DNA from: Verrucomicrobiota bacterium
GTDB taxonomy: Bacteria > Verrucomicrobiota > Verrucomicrobiia > Limisphaerales > UBA11358
DNA length: 64,000 nt
Direction: 5' to 3'
Assembly: GCA_050015635.1 (NCBI GenBank)
Contig: JBEKBA010000008.1
Span: 15,091-79,090 of the forward strand
A program made the translations under genes and the position numbers. Positions 33,015-42,600 of this stretch are shown here, piece by piece. The stretch's first letter is position 1, and every line of letters starts with the position of its first letter. The notes beneath the pieces were generated by a model. It was given only the letters and a program-made list of their open reading frames with translations. It was not told the origin of the DNA and did not search any database.

Positions 33015-33865
33015 GCGTGGCGGCGATTAAAACGGTCGCGCGTCAAAAAGCGCACGCCGACGTTGATGAACAAAACGAGGAGGAGCAAAACCAGCGCGCC
33101 CGCCCAAGCCTGCCGGTGCCAGTCGTCGTAAGGCGAAATGGCGTAATTGAAAATTTGCAGCGGGAGCGCGGCGATGGGTTCGGTCAGGCTGTGGGCCCAA
33201 TAACGGTTGCCGAACGCGGTGAAGAGCAACGGCGCGGTTTCGCCCGCAACGCGCGCCAGCGCGAGCAGGACGCCGGTGACAATGCCTTTCAATGCGGTGC
33301 GCACGACGATTTGCACGATGGTTTTCCATTTGGCAATGCCCAGCGCCAGCGCGGCTTCGCGGTAGCCGTTGGGCACGAGCTGCAAAACCTCCTCGGTGGT
33401 GCGCGTCACGAGCGGAATCATCATCAAGCCGAGCACGACGCCGCCGGCGAGCGCGGAAAAGCCGTGCATCGGCACGACGAGCAGCGCATAAACGACGATG
33501 CCCCAGGTGATGGACGGCACGCCGTTGAGAATATCCGCGCCGAAACGAATCCACCAATTTAATTTTAACGAACCGTATTCCGAAAGGAAAACGCCGCCGA
33601 GCACGCCGATGGGCACGCCGAGCACGGCAGCTTGTCCCAGCAGGATAAATGTGCCGGCAATTGCGTTGCCCATGCCGCCGCCGGATTCGCCGACCGCCTT
33701 TGGCAATTGCGTGAAAAACGCCCAGTTGATGGAGGTGAAACCTTCCTTGATCAGATGATAGAACACGAGCAGCAGCGGCGTGACGACGAGAATGGCGCAC
33801 GCGAACGCACCGGCCTGCATCAACCTGTTTTTGCATTTGCGCCAGTTGTGGTTCGGGGCGTTCAT
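33011..33865 (-). CDS. pstA: Phosphate ABC transporter permease PstA
   Basis: EAA-loop-like [22 protein letters not shown], six TM segments, and position between pstC and pstB. Confidence 0.88.
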   Translation of the reverse strand: MNAPNHNWRKCKNRLMQAGAFACAILVVTPLLLVFYHLIKEGFTSINWAFFTQLPKAVGESGGGMGNAIAGTFILLGQAAVLGVPIGVLGGVFLSEYGSLKLNWWIRFGADILNGVPSITWGIVVYALLVVPMHGFSALAGGVVLGLMMIPLVTRTTEEVLQLVPNGYREAALALGIAKWKTIVQIVVRTALKGIVTGVLLALARVAGETAPLLFTAFGNRYWAHSLTEPIAALPLQIFNYAISPYDDWHRQAWAGALVLLLLVLFINVGVRFLTRDRFNRRHA

Positions 33866-33866
33866 T

Positions 33867-34853
33867 TCAATGCTGCGGTTTCACGCCCGTTCCGGCAAAG
33901 GTTTTCAAAAGCAGCTGCGCGGCGCCATTCACCACGATGGTGACGCCGAGCAGCACCAGGCCGATTTCAAACAGCGCGCTTAAATAATTATCCCCCGTCG
34001 CTTCGCTGAATTCGTTGGCGATGACGCTGGCGAGCGTGTAGCCGGGTGCGAAGAGCGATTTGACGATTTGCGGCGAATTGCCGATGACCATCGTCACGGC
34101 CATCGTTTCACCGAGCGCGCGCCCAAGTCCGAGAATGACCGCGCCGAACAGTCCTTTTTTTGCATAACTCAAAACCGCGATGCGGGTGACTTCCCAGCGT
34201 GTCGCACCCAGCGCGTAGGCGGCCTCGCGTTGCAGGCCGGGGACGGAGCGCAAAATCTCGCGCGAAACGGACGTGATGATGGGGACGATCATGATGGCAA
34301 CAATGATGCCGCCCGCCAGGATGCTCACCCCGTAAATCGGCCCCTGGAAAAATGGCAGAAAGCCAAGCGATTTTTGCAGCCACGGAAACAAATGATCGCG
34401 CAGCCACGGCACCATCACGAAAATTCCCCACAGGCCCAGAATCACGCTCGGCACGGCGGCGAGCAGCTCGATGAACATGATGAGCGGCTGGCGCAGCCAT
34501 TGCGGCGCGAGTTCCGTCAGATACACGGCGGTCGCGATGCTGATGGGAACCGCGATGATGAGCGCGATGGCGGATGAAACCAGCGTGCCGAAAATAAACG
34601 GCAGCGCGCCGAATTGATCGTTGACCGGATCCCAGTCGCTGCTGACGAGAAAATGCCAGCCGAATTTTTGGAGTGCGAGTTTCGAGCCGTTGAAGAGTTC
34701 AAAACCGATGAGCGCGATGAGGACGAAAATGGACAGCGCCATGAACAAGGTCAGCCATTGGAACGCGCGGTCGCCGAAATGGCTGTCGGGGCGGTTCGCG
34801 TCCGGCGTACTGAGGTTGTTCGCGGCGGCATTCACAATTTTTTGTTGCTCCAA
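33867..34853 (-). CDS. pstC: Phosphate ABC transporter permease PstC
   Basis: REAAYALGATRWEVTRIAVLSYA (EAA loop), a polytopic protein, immediately downstream of pstS. Confidence 0.88.
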   Translation of the reverse strand: MEQQKIVNAAANNLSTPDANRPDSHFGDRAFQWLTLFMALSIFVLIALIGFELFNGSKLALQKFGWHFLVSSDWDPVNDQFGALPFIFGTLVSSAIALIIAVPISIATAVYLTELAPQWLRQPLIMFIELLAAVPSVILGLWGIFVMVPWLRDHLFPWLQKSLGFLPFFQGPIYGVSILAGGIIVAIMIVPIITSVSREILRSVPGLQREAAYALGATRWEVTRIAVLSYAKKGLFGAVILGLGRALGETMAVTMVIGNSPQIVKSLFAPGYTLASVIANEFSEATGDNYLSALFEIGLVLLGVTIVVNGAAQLLLKTFAGTGVKPQH

Positions 34854-34896
34854 AAACTAAACGGACGAAGAGCGGAAGGAACGGCGCTCTTCGTCC
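34851..34896 (-). terminator. pstS-pstC intergenic stem-loop (attenuating terminator / mRNA stabiliser candidate)
   Basis: Minus strand: GGACGAAGAGCG-ccgttccttc-CGCTCTTCGTCC (12 bp perfect stem, 34863-34896) followed by GTTTAGTTTTT. Confidence 0.6.
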
Positions 34897-34934
34897 TGCT
34901 CACGGCAAAAAAACTACGCGGCGGCGGAGCAAAG

Positions 34935-35954
34935 TCAGTATTTAATTGTGTCAATCAATTGCAATTCGCGCTGCCGGACGGCGTCGGGCAGCGGCGCGTA
35001 GTCGAGCGCGGGTGACAGTTTTTGTCCCTCGGTGATCGCCCATTTCAAAAACGCGACGAGATTTTTTCCGCGCGCGGAATCCTTTTGTTCTTGATAAACC
35101 AAAACCCAGCTCGCGCCGGAAATCGGGTAGGACTTGTCGCCCGGCGCGTTGACCATGGAGAAACGAAAGTCGTCAGGGATGGTGGCGGTGGCGAGCGCGG
35201 CGCTCACGGAATCGGGCGCGGGCGAAATAAAATTGCCGGCGGCGTTTTTCACGTCGGCGTAGGGCATTTTATTTTTGTCGGCGTAGGCGAGTTCCACATA
35301 ACCGATGCCGCCGGGCAGTTGTTTGACTTGTCCGGCAACGCCCTCGCTGCCTTTGGCGCCAAGCCCGATGCCGGCGGGCCATTTCACGGAAGCGCCTTTG
35401 CCGACGGTGTCCGCCCACGCGGGATTCACGCTGCTCAGATAGTCCGTAAAGATGAAACTCGTGCCGCTGCCATCGGAGCGGTGAATGGGAATGACGCTCG
35501 TGTCGGGCAATTCGACGCCCGGATTCAGCGCGGTGATTTTCGGATCATTCCACCGGATGATGTTGCCAAGGTAGATATTCGCAATCGTGTCGCTGTCCAG
35601 TTTGAGTTTTGGATCGCCGGGCAGATTGTAGGTAATCGCCACTCCGCCGGCCACGACCGGCAGATGCAAAATTTTCCCGGGCGCAGTCGCCATGGAAGCA
35701 TCGGACATCGGCGCGTCGGAAGCGCCAAAGTCAACGGTTTGATTGAGCAGTTGTTTCTGCCCGCCGCCCGAACCGATGGATTGATAATTAAAATGCACCG
35801 TCGGGTCCACACTGCCGTAAGCCTCGAACCATTTCGTGAAGGCGGGATAATCGAAGGACGAACCCGCGCCGTTGAGGAGCAGTTGCGCCGTCGCGCTGGT
35901 TTGCGCGACCAACAAGCCGACAAGGCCGAGGACCGGAAGAATCAGCTTCTTCAT
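34935..35954 (-). CDS. pstS: Phosphate-binding protein PstS
   Basis: Signal peptide, then NGAGSSFDYPAFTKW...YQSIGSGGG..Q......DFGASDAP...RSDGSGTSFIFT are PstS phosphate-binding motifs. Confidence 0.92.
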   Translation of the reverse strand: MKKLILPVLGLVGLLVAQTSATAQLLLNGAGSSFDYPAFTKWFEAYGSVDPTVHFNYQSIGSGGGQKQLLNQTVDFGASDAPMSDASMATAPGKILHLPVVAGGVAITYNLPGDPKLKLDSDTIANIYLGNIIRWNDPKITALNPGVELPDTSVIPIHRSDGSGTSFIFTDYLSSVNPAWADTVGKGASVKWPAGIGLGAKGSEGVAGQVKQLPGGIGYVELAYADKNKMPYADVKNAAGNFISPAPDSVSAALATATIPDDFRFSMVNAPGDKSYPISGASWVLVYQEQKDSARGKNLVAFLKWAITEGQKLSPALDYAPLPDAVRQRELQLIDTIKY

Positions 35955-36231
35955 TTTGAGAGTTAATCAGTTTTGCGTTCAGGAATCATGTTACATTCCG
36001 GTTAATAAAAATTTCCACAACAGACTGCGCATACGATTGGGGAGTCAAGGCCATTAACGCCACACCACCGGCAAGTAGTGTCGCCTTCGTGGGATTTTTT
36101 CTTATGATTTTTTCCATGGTTGTTGCGTTGAAATGCGGCGACACCTTGCGGCCACGCCGTTACAACCATGTGGCGGAATTGTTACAACCCGGTGACACCG
36201 CCTTTTCCCCGTCACCGGGAAAATGGGCGGT

Positions 36232-36313
36232 GTATCAGTTTGAAGATAGGGACAGCGCGCTACACTGTCCGTAATTGGGTGCAGCATCAAGCTGCCCGTC
36301 CGCAAGGATTGCC
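36232..36313. repeat. Dispersed repeat modules (ATCAGTTTGAAG + GGGAC hairpin; reverse-complement W and P modules)
   Basis: atcagtttgaagataGGGACAGcgcgctacaCTGTCCgtAATTGGGTGCAGCatcaaGCTGCCCGTCCGCAAGGAttgcc. Confidence 0.75.
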
Positions 36314-36331
36314 GCGCGCCGATTCAAAAAA

Positions 36332-36886
36332 TCACATCGCGCGAAACGCGGTCAGGCCCAGCAACACGATGAAAACGGAAAACGCCAGCCGGATTACGCT
36401 GCCGGTTTTGACGCGCGCTTCCGTGGCCGTCGCCCAATTCAAAAGGTCGCGCAATTTCCACGGCGTCACCGTGAACCAGATGCCCGCGACGATCAAAACG
36501 TACGCCCAGACCTGGATCACCCAAACCCATGACGTTGCACCGAGCCACGGGCGCCCCGTGTCCACCATGAGTTTCCCCAGCAGCAGCGCCAAAACCGCGA
36601 GCCCGCGCACCGCCAGAAAATCCTGCACGAAAACGCACGACAGCAGTCCGATCGCCGCAAAAGCAACCATCATGTAGGATTTATAAGCCGAAAAATCCGC
36701 GAGCGATTCACAGTTGACGTTCCATAAAAACCACGCCGTGGCCAGCAGCATCAGCAGGATGCCGGCGGGCAGGTTGCGCGGGAATTTTCTGACCGCCGCA
36801 ACAAATTGCGTTGGTTTGGTCAGACCGTAAATTTGCGGCACGCTCATTCCCGCGCCGAGCAAAATGGACAAAAGCGACAGTTTCAT
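36332..36886 (-). CDS. Integral membrane protein, function unknown
   Basis: 184 aa with about six hydrophobic segments. No motif recognised. Same strand as miaB and pstS. Confidence 0.55.
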   Translation of the reverse strand: MKLSLLSILLGAGMSVPQIYGLTKPTQFVAAVRKFPRNLPAGILLMLLATAWFLWNVNCESLADFSAYKSYMMVAFAAIGLLSCVFVQDFLAVRGLAVLALLLGKLMVDTGRPWLGATSWVWVIQVWAYVLIVAGIWFTVTPWKLRDLLNWATATEARVKTGSVIRLAFSVFIVLLGLTAFRAM

Positions 36887-36945
36887 TTTAGAAAGCTAAT
36901 CACGAATGGACACAAAAGAACACGAAAAATTCAAAGGTAAATTCC

Positions 36946-38298
36946 TCACAAATTCACTATCGCCGGATCGCCGTAAAGTGTGAAGGAACCCGCGCGCGTG
37001 ATTTTCAAATCCATGATCCGGCCACGATGGCGTTCGCCGCCGTCGAATAAAACGATTTTGTTGCAGCGCGTGCGGCCGGACATCCGTGCAGGATTTTTTT
37101 TGCTCGGCCCTTCCACCAGAATCTGCATCCGCCGCCCGACAAATGTTTCGTATTTGCGTTTCCCGATTTCGTTGATCGTATCGAGCAGGCGCTGATTGCG
37201 TTCTTCGCGGATGCGTTGCGGCACCTGATCGGGCATGGCGGCGGCGGGCGTATCGCGACGCGGCGAGTATTTGAAAATGTAGGCGTTGTCAAACTCCACT
37301 TCGCGCGCGAGCGAAAGCGTTTCCTCGAAATCCTTTTCTGTTTCGCCGGGAAAACCGACGATAATGTCGGTCGTAATGCCAATTTCCGGCTTTGCGTGGC
37401 GTAAATTCCGGATGATGCCCAGCAAGCGTTCGCGCGTGTAGCCGCGGTGCATCAATTTCAAAACTCGGTCGCTGCCGCTCTGGACGGGTAGGTGCGCGCT
37501 CTCGCACAGTTTCGGCAGCCGCGTGTAGGCGTCAATCAAATCGTCGCCGTAGCCTTTCGGGTGCGGCGAGGTGAAACGGATGCGTTCCAGCCCCTCAATT
37601 TCGTGTACGGCATCGAGCAATTGCACAAAAGCGGTTTTGCCATTCTGAATGGGCAGGTCGCGTTTGCCGTAGCTCGTGACGATCTGGCCGAGCAGGGTGA
37701 TCTCCTTCACGCCGCGCGAAACGAGTTCGCGGCATTCGTTCACGATGTCGGCAATCGTGCGGCTGCGTTCCCCGCCACGCGTGTATGGCACGATGCAGAA
37801 CGTGCAATACTGGTTGCAGCCCTGCATGATGCTCACGAACGCACTGGCGGATTTCCCCGGGATGCCGTTGAGCAGATGTTCCCGAATTGTGGCTTCGCTC
37901 CCCTGCTCGTCCGCCACGTCCACAATTTTCGTGCGCCGCCCGGAAATGATTTCGTCGAGGTAATCCGCCGCGCGGTGAAATTTTTGCGTGCCCAGAACGA
38001 GGTCAACGTCCGGCAATTGATCAATCAATTCCCGTCCCCGGCTTTGCGCCATGCAGCCCATGAAACCGAGGACAACGTCCGGGCGGTTTTTGCGCACGTC
38101 TGCCGCGAGGTTTTGCATCTTGCCGATGGCTTTTTGCTCTGCGAAATCGCGCACGCTGCAGGTGTTGAGCAGAATCACATCCGCCACAGCCTCGGTCGGC
38201 GCAAGCGACCAGCCTTTGGCGGCGAGTTGCGCAGCGACAGCCTCGCTGTCGCGTTCGTTCATCTGGCAACCGTAGGTTTTGATGAAAACACCCGGCAT
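36946..38298 (-). CDS. miaB: tRNA (N6-isopentenyl adenosine-37) methylthiotransferase MiaB
   Basis: N-terminal UPF0004 cysteines (TYGCQMNERDSE...NTCSVR), radical-SAM CNQYCTFCIVPYTRG, and a C-terminal TRAM domain. Confidence 0.92.
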   Translation of the reverse strand: MPGVFIKTYGCQMNERDSEAVAAQLAAKGWSLAPTEAVADVILLNTCSVRDFAEQKAIGKMQNLAADVRKNRPDVVLGFMGCMAQSRGRELIDQLPDVDLVLGTQKFHRAADYLDEIISGRRTKIVDVADEQGSEATIREHLLNGIPGKSASAFVSIMQGCNQYCTFCIVPYTRGGERSRTIADIVNECRELVSRGVKEITLLGQIVTSYGKRDLPIQNGKTAFVQLLDAVHEIEGLERIRFTSPHPKGYGDDLIDAYTRLPKLCESAHLPVQSGSDRVLKLMHRGYTRERLLGIIRNLRHAKPEIGITTDIIVGFPGETEKDFEETLSLAREVEFDNAYIFKYSPRRDTPAAAMPDQVPQRIREERNQRLLDTINEIGKRKYETFVGRRMQILVEGPSKKNPARMSGRTRCNKIVLFDGGERHRGRIMDLKITRAGSFTLYGDPAIVNL

Positions 38299-38372
38299 TT
38301 TTTAGAGGGTTAACATACTCATCTCCGGCGGCATTGAAAAGCGTAATTCAATTTGTGGCGGCACGGCATTGC

Positions 38373-38455
38373 ATCAATTTGAAGGCAGGGACCGCGCACT
38401 GCGCCGTCCGGACGCCGCCACCGGCGGCACAACCCGCTTGCGGGCGCGCGGCAAA
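38373..38455. repeat. Dispersed repeat (ATCAATTTGAAG + GGGAC hairpin module and GC-rich palindromes)
   Basis: atcaatttgaaggcaGGGACcGCGCAcTGCGCcGTCCggacgccGCCACCGGCGGCacaacCCGCttGCGGGcgcg, in the miaB / regulator divergent spacer. Confidence 0.7.
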
Positions 38456-38520
38456 GTTGTATTCTTGTTGCGGACGGCAAGGTGATTTGGCTGCGCCTCG
38501 AGGCGGGGCCGGATTGCATT

Positions 38521-40536
38521 ATGGAATCCGAATCGTTGAAAGTTTTGTTCATCGGAGGTGACGAGCGCTTTGCGCACGCCGTTGCCGGGATGCTGCATGA
38601 AGCGGGCGGAACCATCAAAGCCGACTTTGTTCCGTCGCTCGAAGCCGGTTTCAGCGCACTCGGGAAAACTTCCTTTGACGCCGTTTTGTTCGAGCTGCCC
38701 ACGGCGAATGCCGCTGGTCTATTCCAAGCCACCTCGCTCGCCGTCAAAGCCCAGCGCGTGCCCGTTGTCGTTTTTGGATCGGTCACTGACGAGGCCTTTG
38801 CAGTCGAGGCCGTCCGCGCGGGTGCACAGGATTATCTGGCCAAGGAACAGCTCAATGCGCAGGCGCTGCAACGCACCATCCGCTGCGTGATTGAACGCCA
38901 GCTCGAGCGCGTCGTGCTGATCGACGAAAAGGAAAATTACCACGGCATTTTTGACCATCTGGTTGAAGGCATCTTCCGCACGACGCCCGACGGACATTAC
39001 CTGCTGGCCAACATCGCGCTGGCGCGCATCTACGGTTACAACTCGCCGGTGGAATTGATGGCCGGCATCACCGATATTGGGCGCAACCTTTACGTCAACC
39101 CGGCCCGGCGCGATGAATTCGTCCGGTTGATGCAGCAGGACGACACGCTCACCGGATTCGAGTCGGAAATTTATCGCAAGGACGGCCGCACCATCTGGAT
39201 TTCCGAAAATTGCCGCGCCGTCCGCGACCCGCAGGGAAAATTGCTTTACTACGAAGGCACCGTCGAGGACATCACGCATCACCGCCAGACCGAGTTCAGC
39301 CTGCGGAATTCGGAATCGCTCTACCATTCACTGGTCGAGACGATGCCGCAAAACGTCTTCCGCAAAGACCTTCAGGGACGGTTCACTTTCGCCAACCAAC
39401 AGTATTGTAATCATTATCGCTGCCGGCTGGAGGACATCCTCGGTAAAACCGACTTTGATTTTTTCCCGAAGGAACTGGCCGCGCAGTATCAACGGGACGA
39501 TTTGCGCGTCATGGAAACCGGTCAAACCATCGAAATCACTGAGGAACATCACCCATTGGGACAGGAGAAAACTTTCGTCCAGGTTGTCAAAACGCCGCTT
39601 TACGGCGCGGACGGAAAAATCACCGGACTACAGGGCATCTTCTGGGACATCACGGAAAAAAAACGCGCCGAGGAGCAGATTCGCAGGACGAGCGCCGAAC
39701 TGGCGCTCAGTCGTGAAGAGTTGCGCGCGAAAAATGCCGTCATGGAGGAAAATTTGCGCATGGCGCGCGAAGTCCAGCTCGCGATGCTTTTGCAGCAATA
39801 TCCGGCGTTTCCCCAAAATGTTGCGCCGGAACAAAGTGTGTTTCAATTCGCGCACCGCTATCTTCCGGCGGAAACCATCGGCGGCGATTTCTTCAGCGTC
39901 TCCGCGCTTTCCGAAACGGAAGTCGGCGTGTTCATTTGCGACGTCACCGGCCACGGCGTGCGCTCCAGCCTCGTCACCGCCATGATTCGCGCGCTCGTTG
40001 AGGAACTCAAACCCCTCGCCCACGATCCCGGCATGTTTCTGCGCAAACTTAACTCCGATTTGAACAACATCCTCAAAACCACCGGCTCGCTGATGCTCAC
40101 CACTGCGTTTTACTTCGTAGCCAACTGGGAAACCGGCGTCTTGCGCTTCGCCAACGCAGGCCATCCCAAGCCGTTGCACGTGCGCCGCCGGGCAAATGAA
40201 GTCGAACTGCTCTACAATGCCGCCGGCAAAAGCCAGCCCGCACTTGGTTTATTTGAAAACCCGGAATATCAAACCACCGAGACCCGGCTTGAGCCCGGCG
40301 ACCTCGTGATGCTCTTCACCGACGGCCTCTACGAAGTTCTAGGCCCCAACGAGGAATTGTATTCGCAGGAACGGCTGCTCTTGGATGTCAAAATCCGGGC
40401 GCAAAAACCCGCCGCGCTTTTGTTCGACGAATTGCTGGAAACCGTCCGCGCCTTTTCCATTGACCGTGAATTCGAGGACGACGTCTGCCTCGTCGGCATG
40501 GAGTTCACCGGCGCGCCGGCGCGGAAGAAATCCTAG
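38521..40536 (+). CDS. Receiver-like domain + 2 PAS + PP2C/SpoIIE-type serine phosphatase
   Basis: N-terminal CheY-like fold (VLFIGGDE...FDAVLFELP...VVVFGS...YLAKE); PAS repeats (GIFRTTPDGHYLLAN..., SLVETMPQNVFRKDLQGRFTFAN...); C-terminal GGDFF...CDVTGHG...FTDGL PP2C motifs. ATG at 38521 is preferred. Confidence 0.85.
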   Translation: MESESLKVLFIGGDERFAHAVAGMLHEAGGTIKADFVPSLEAGFSALGKTSFDAVLFELPTANAAGLFQATSLAVKAQRVPVVVFGSVTDEAFAVEAVRAGAQDYLAKEQLNAQALQRTIRCVIERQLERVVLIDEKENYHGIFDHLVEGIFRTTPDGHYLLANIALARIYGYNSPVELMAGITDIGRNLYVNPARRDEFVRLMQQDDTLTGFESEIYRKDGRTIWISENCRAVRDPQGKLLYYEGTVEDITHHRQTEFSLRNSESLYHSLVETMPQNVFRKDLQGRFTFANQQYCNHYRCRLEDILGKTDFDFFPKELAAQYQRDDLRVMETGQTIEITEEHHPLGQEKTFVQVVKTPLYGADGKITGLQGIFWDITEKKRAEEQIRRTSAELALSREELRAKNAVMEENLRMAREVQLAMLLQQYPAFPQNVAPEQSVFQFAHRYLPAETIGGDFFSVSALSETEVGVFICDVTGHGVRSSLVTAMIRALVEELKPLAHDPGMFLRKLNSDLNNILKTTGSLMLTTAFYFVANWETGVLRFANAGHPKPLHVRRRANEVELLYNAAGKSQPALGLFENPEYQTTETRLEPGDLVMLFTDGLYEVLGPNEELYSQERLLLDVKIRAQKPAALLFDELLETVRAFSIDREFEDDVCLVGMEFTGAPARKKS

Positions 40537-40653
40537 AGCCATTGATAGAAATTATGTAGCGATGCGGAGCGAAGTTTTTGGCTTTTGGCAAGGGAATCAA
40601 TGGCCTCCTGCCCATGTGACCGGTCCAAAACCCCTCTTTTTCCTTCGTAACAT

Positions 40654-40695
40654 ATTCCATTCCAGTCTATTCCAGCGTATTCCAGTCTATTCCAG
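40654..40695. repeat. Tandem 10-bp repeat (about 4 units) abutting the typA stop
   Basis: attccat|TCCAGTCTAT|TCCAGCGTAT|TCCAGTCTAT|TCCAGccc, with exact 10-nt phasing. Confidence 0.8.
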
Positions 40696-40698
40696 CCC

Positions 40699-42534
40699 TC
40701 ACTCCTGCACGAACTTGATCACGCGGGATTTTTCGGAGCGTTTGCGCTGGTTTTCATCGAGAATTTTTTTGCGGAGACGCAGGTTCTTCGGGGTGGCCTC
40801 CACATATTCGTCCACGTCGATGTATTCGAGCGCGCGTTCCAGGCTTAATTTCAACGGCGAGTTCAGTTGAATGCCTTTGCCGTCGCCCTGCGAACGCATG
40901 TTCGTAAGGCGTTTTTCTTTCACCGGGTTCACCGGAATGTCATTCTCGCGCGCGTTCTCACCCACGATCATGCCCACGTACACATTATCGCCCGGCTCGA
41001 TCATCAGCCGTCCGCGTTCCTGCACCATGTTCAGCGCGTAACTTGTCGCCTCGCCGGAATCCATCGAGACGAGCGAGCCGTTTTTGCGCGCCGCGATTTC
41101 GCCGCGGTCCGCGCCGTATTCGTGGAATAAATGGCTCATCACGCCCATGCCCTTCGTTGAGTTGACCAGATCGGTCTCAAAACCAATTAGCCCACGCATC
41201 GGCACCAGCGCCTCGACCGAAACCTGGTTGCCCACATGGTTCATGTTCGTGATCTGCGCCTTGCGGCTGGAAAGATTTTCCATGATCGCGCCGAGATTTT
41301 CGCTCGGAATTTCCACGAACAGTTTTTCAATCGGCTCCAGCAATTCACCATTCGCGCTCTTTTTCCAAAGCACTTCGGGACGCGAAACCAGGACTTCGTA
41401 CCCTTCCCGGCGCATTTGCTCTACGAGAATGGCGATTTGCATTTCGCCACGGCCGCTGACCGCGAAAACTTTCGGGTCGCCCGTCTGCGCGATTCGCAGC
41501 GCGACGTTTGTGCGGATTTCCTTCACGAGCCGGTCCCAGATGTGGCGCGCGGTCACCAGCTTACCGTCCTGGCCCGCGAGCGGGCTGTCGTTCACTGCGA
41601 ATTCCATCTGGATCGTCGGTGGATCAATCGGTATGTAGGGCAGCGCCGCTCGCGCCTCGGAATCGCAGATCGTCTCGCCGATAAACACGTCTTCGAAACC
41701 AGTGAGCCCGACAATGTCGCCCGCGTGCGCTTCCTGGACTTCGATCCGCTTCATGCCCTCGAAATGAAAAATCGCGGTGATTTTCCCCCTGGAAACTTTG
41801 CCGTGACCGTGACGGCAGATGGCCGCGTCGCCGAGCTTGACCTTACCCTCGTATATTTTGCCGAATGCGATACGGCCCAGATAATCGCTATAATCCAGAT
41901 TTGCCACCAGCAACTGGAAACCGTCGCCCGCCTTCGCGCGCGGCGCGGGAATGTGCTTCGTGATGGCTTCAAACAACGGCTCCATCGTGCCGCTCGCGTG
42001 ATTGAGATCAACTTTCGCGTAGCCTTGTTTCGCCGAACAATAAATGAACGGAAAATCCAGTTGCTCGTCCGTCGCGTTGAGCGACATGAACAGTTCAAAA
42101 ACCTCATCCAGGACTTTCTTGGGGTTCGCGTTTTCGCGGTCAATTTTGTTGATGACCACAATCGGCTTCGCCCCGGCTTCCAGCGCCTTGCGCAGCACAA
42201 AGCGCGTCTGTGCCTGCGGACCTTCGGCCGAGTCCACCACCAGCAGCACGCCGTCAATCATGTTCATGATGCGCTCGACCTCGCCGCCAAAATCCGCGTG
42301 GCCGGGCGTGTCCACGATGTTGATGTGATAATTCTTGTATTTGAACGCGGCGTTCTTGGCCCGGATGGTGATGCCCTTTTCCTTTTCCAAATCCATCGAA
42401 TCCATCAGGCGCTCTTCCTGCGATTCATGCTGGTTGGCGCGGAACGTTCCCGACTGCTTGAGCAGGCAGTCCACGAGCGTCGTCTTGCCGTGGTCAACGT
42501 GAGCGATAATCGCAATGTTCCGGATGTGCTGCAT
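40699..42534 (-). CDS. typA: Translational GTPase TypA/BipA
   Basis: [19 protein letters not shown]..., [17 protein letters not shown]. 611 aa with EF-G-like domains and the TypA C-terminus. Confidence 0.95.
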   Translation of the reverse strand: MQHIRNIAIIAHVDHGKTTLVDCLLKQSGTFRANQHESQEERLMDSMDLEKEKGITIRAKNAAFKYKNYHINIVDTPGHADFGGEVERIMNMIDGVLLVVDSAEGPQAQTRFVLRKALEAGAKPIVVINKIDRENANPKKVLDEVFELFMSLNATDEQLDFPFIYCSAKQGYAKVDLNHASGTMEPLFEAITKHIPAPRAKAGDGFQLLVANLDYSDYLGRIAFGKIYEGKVKLGDAAICRHGHGKVSRGKITAIFHFEGMKRIEVQEAHAGDIVGLTGFEDVFIGETICDSEARAALPYIPIDPPTIQMEFAVNDSPLAGQDGKLVTARHIWDRLVKEIRTNVALRIAQTGDPKVFAVSGRGEMQIAILVEQMRREGYEVLVSRPEVLWKKSANGELLEPIEKLFVEIPSENLGAIMENLSSRKAQITNMNHVGNQVSVEALVPMRGLIGFETDLVNSTKGMGVMSHLFHEYGADRGEIAARKNGSLVSMDSGEATSYALNMVQERGRLMIEPGDNVYVGMIVGENARENDIPVNPVKEKRLTNMRSQGDGKGIQLNSPLKLSLERALEYIDVDEYVEATPKNLRLRKKILDENQRKRSEKSRVIKFVQE

Positions 42535-42600
42535 AAATTTTCAAACCAAGCCGGACAGTTTGCCCTGTCATTAGAAAAGGTCAAGCCATGTGTGAAGGAA

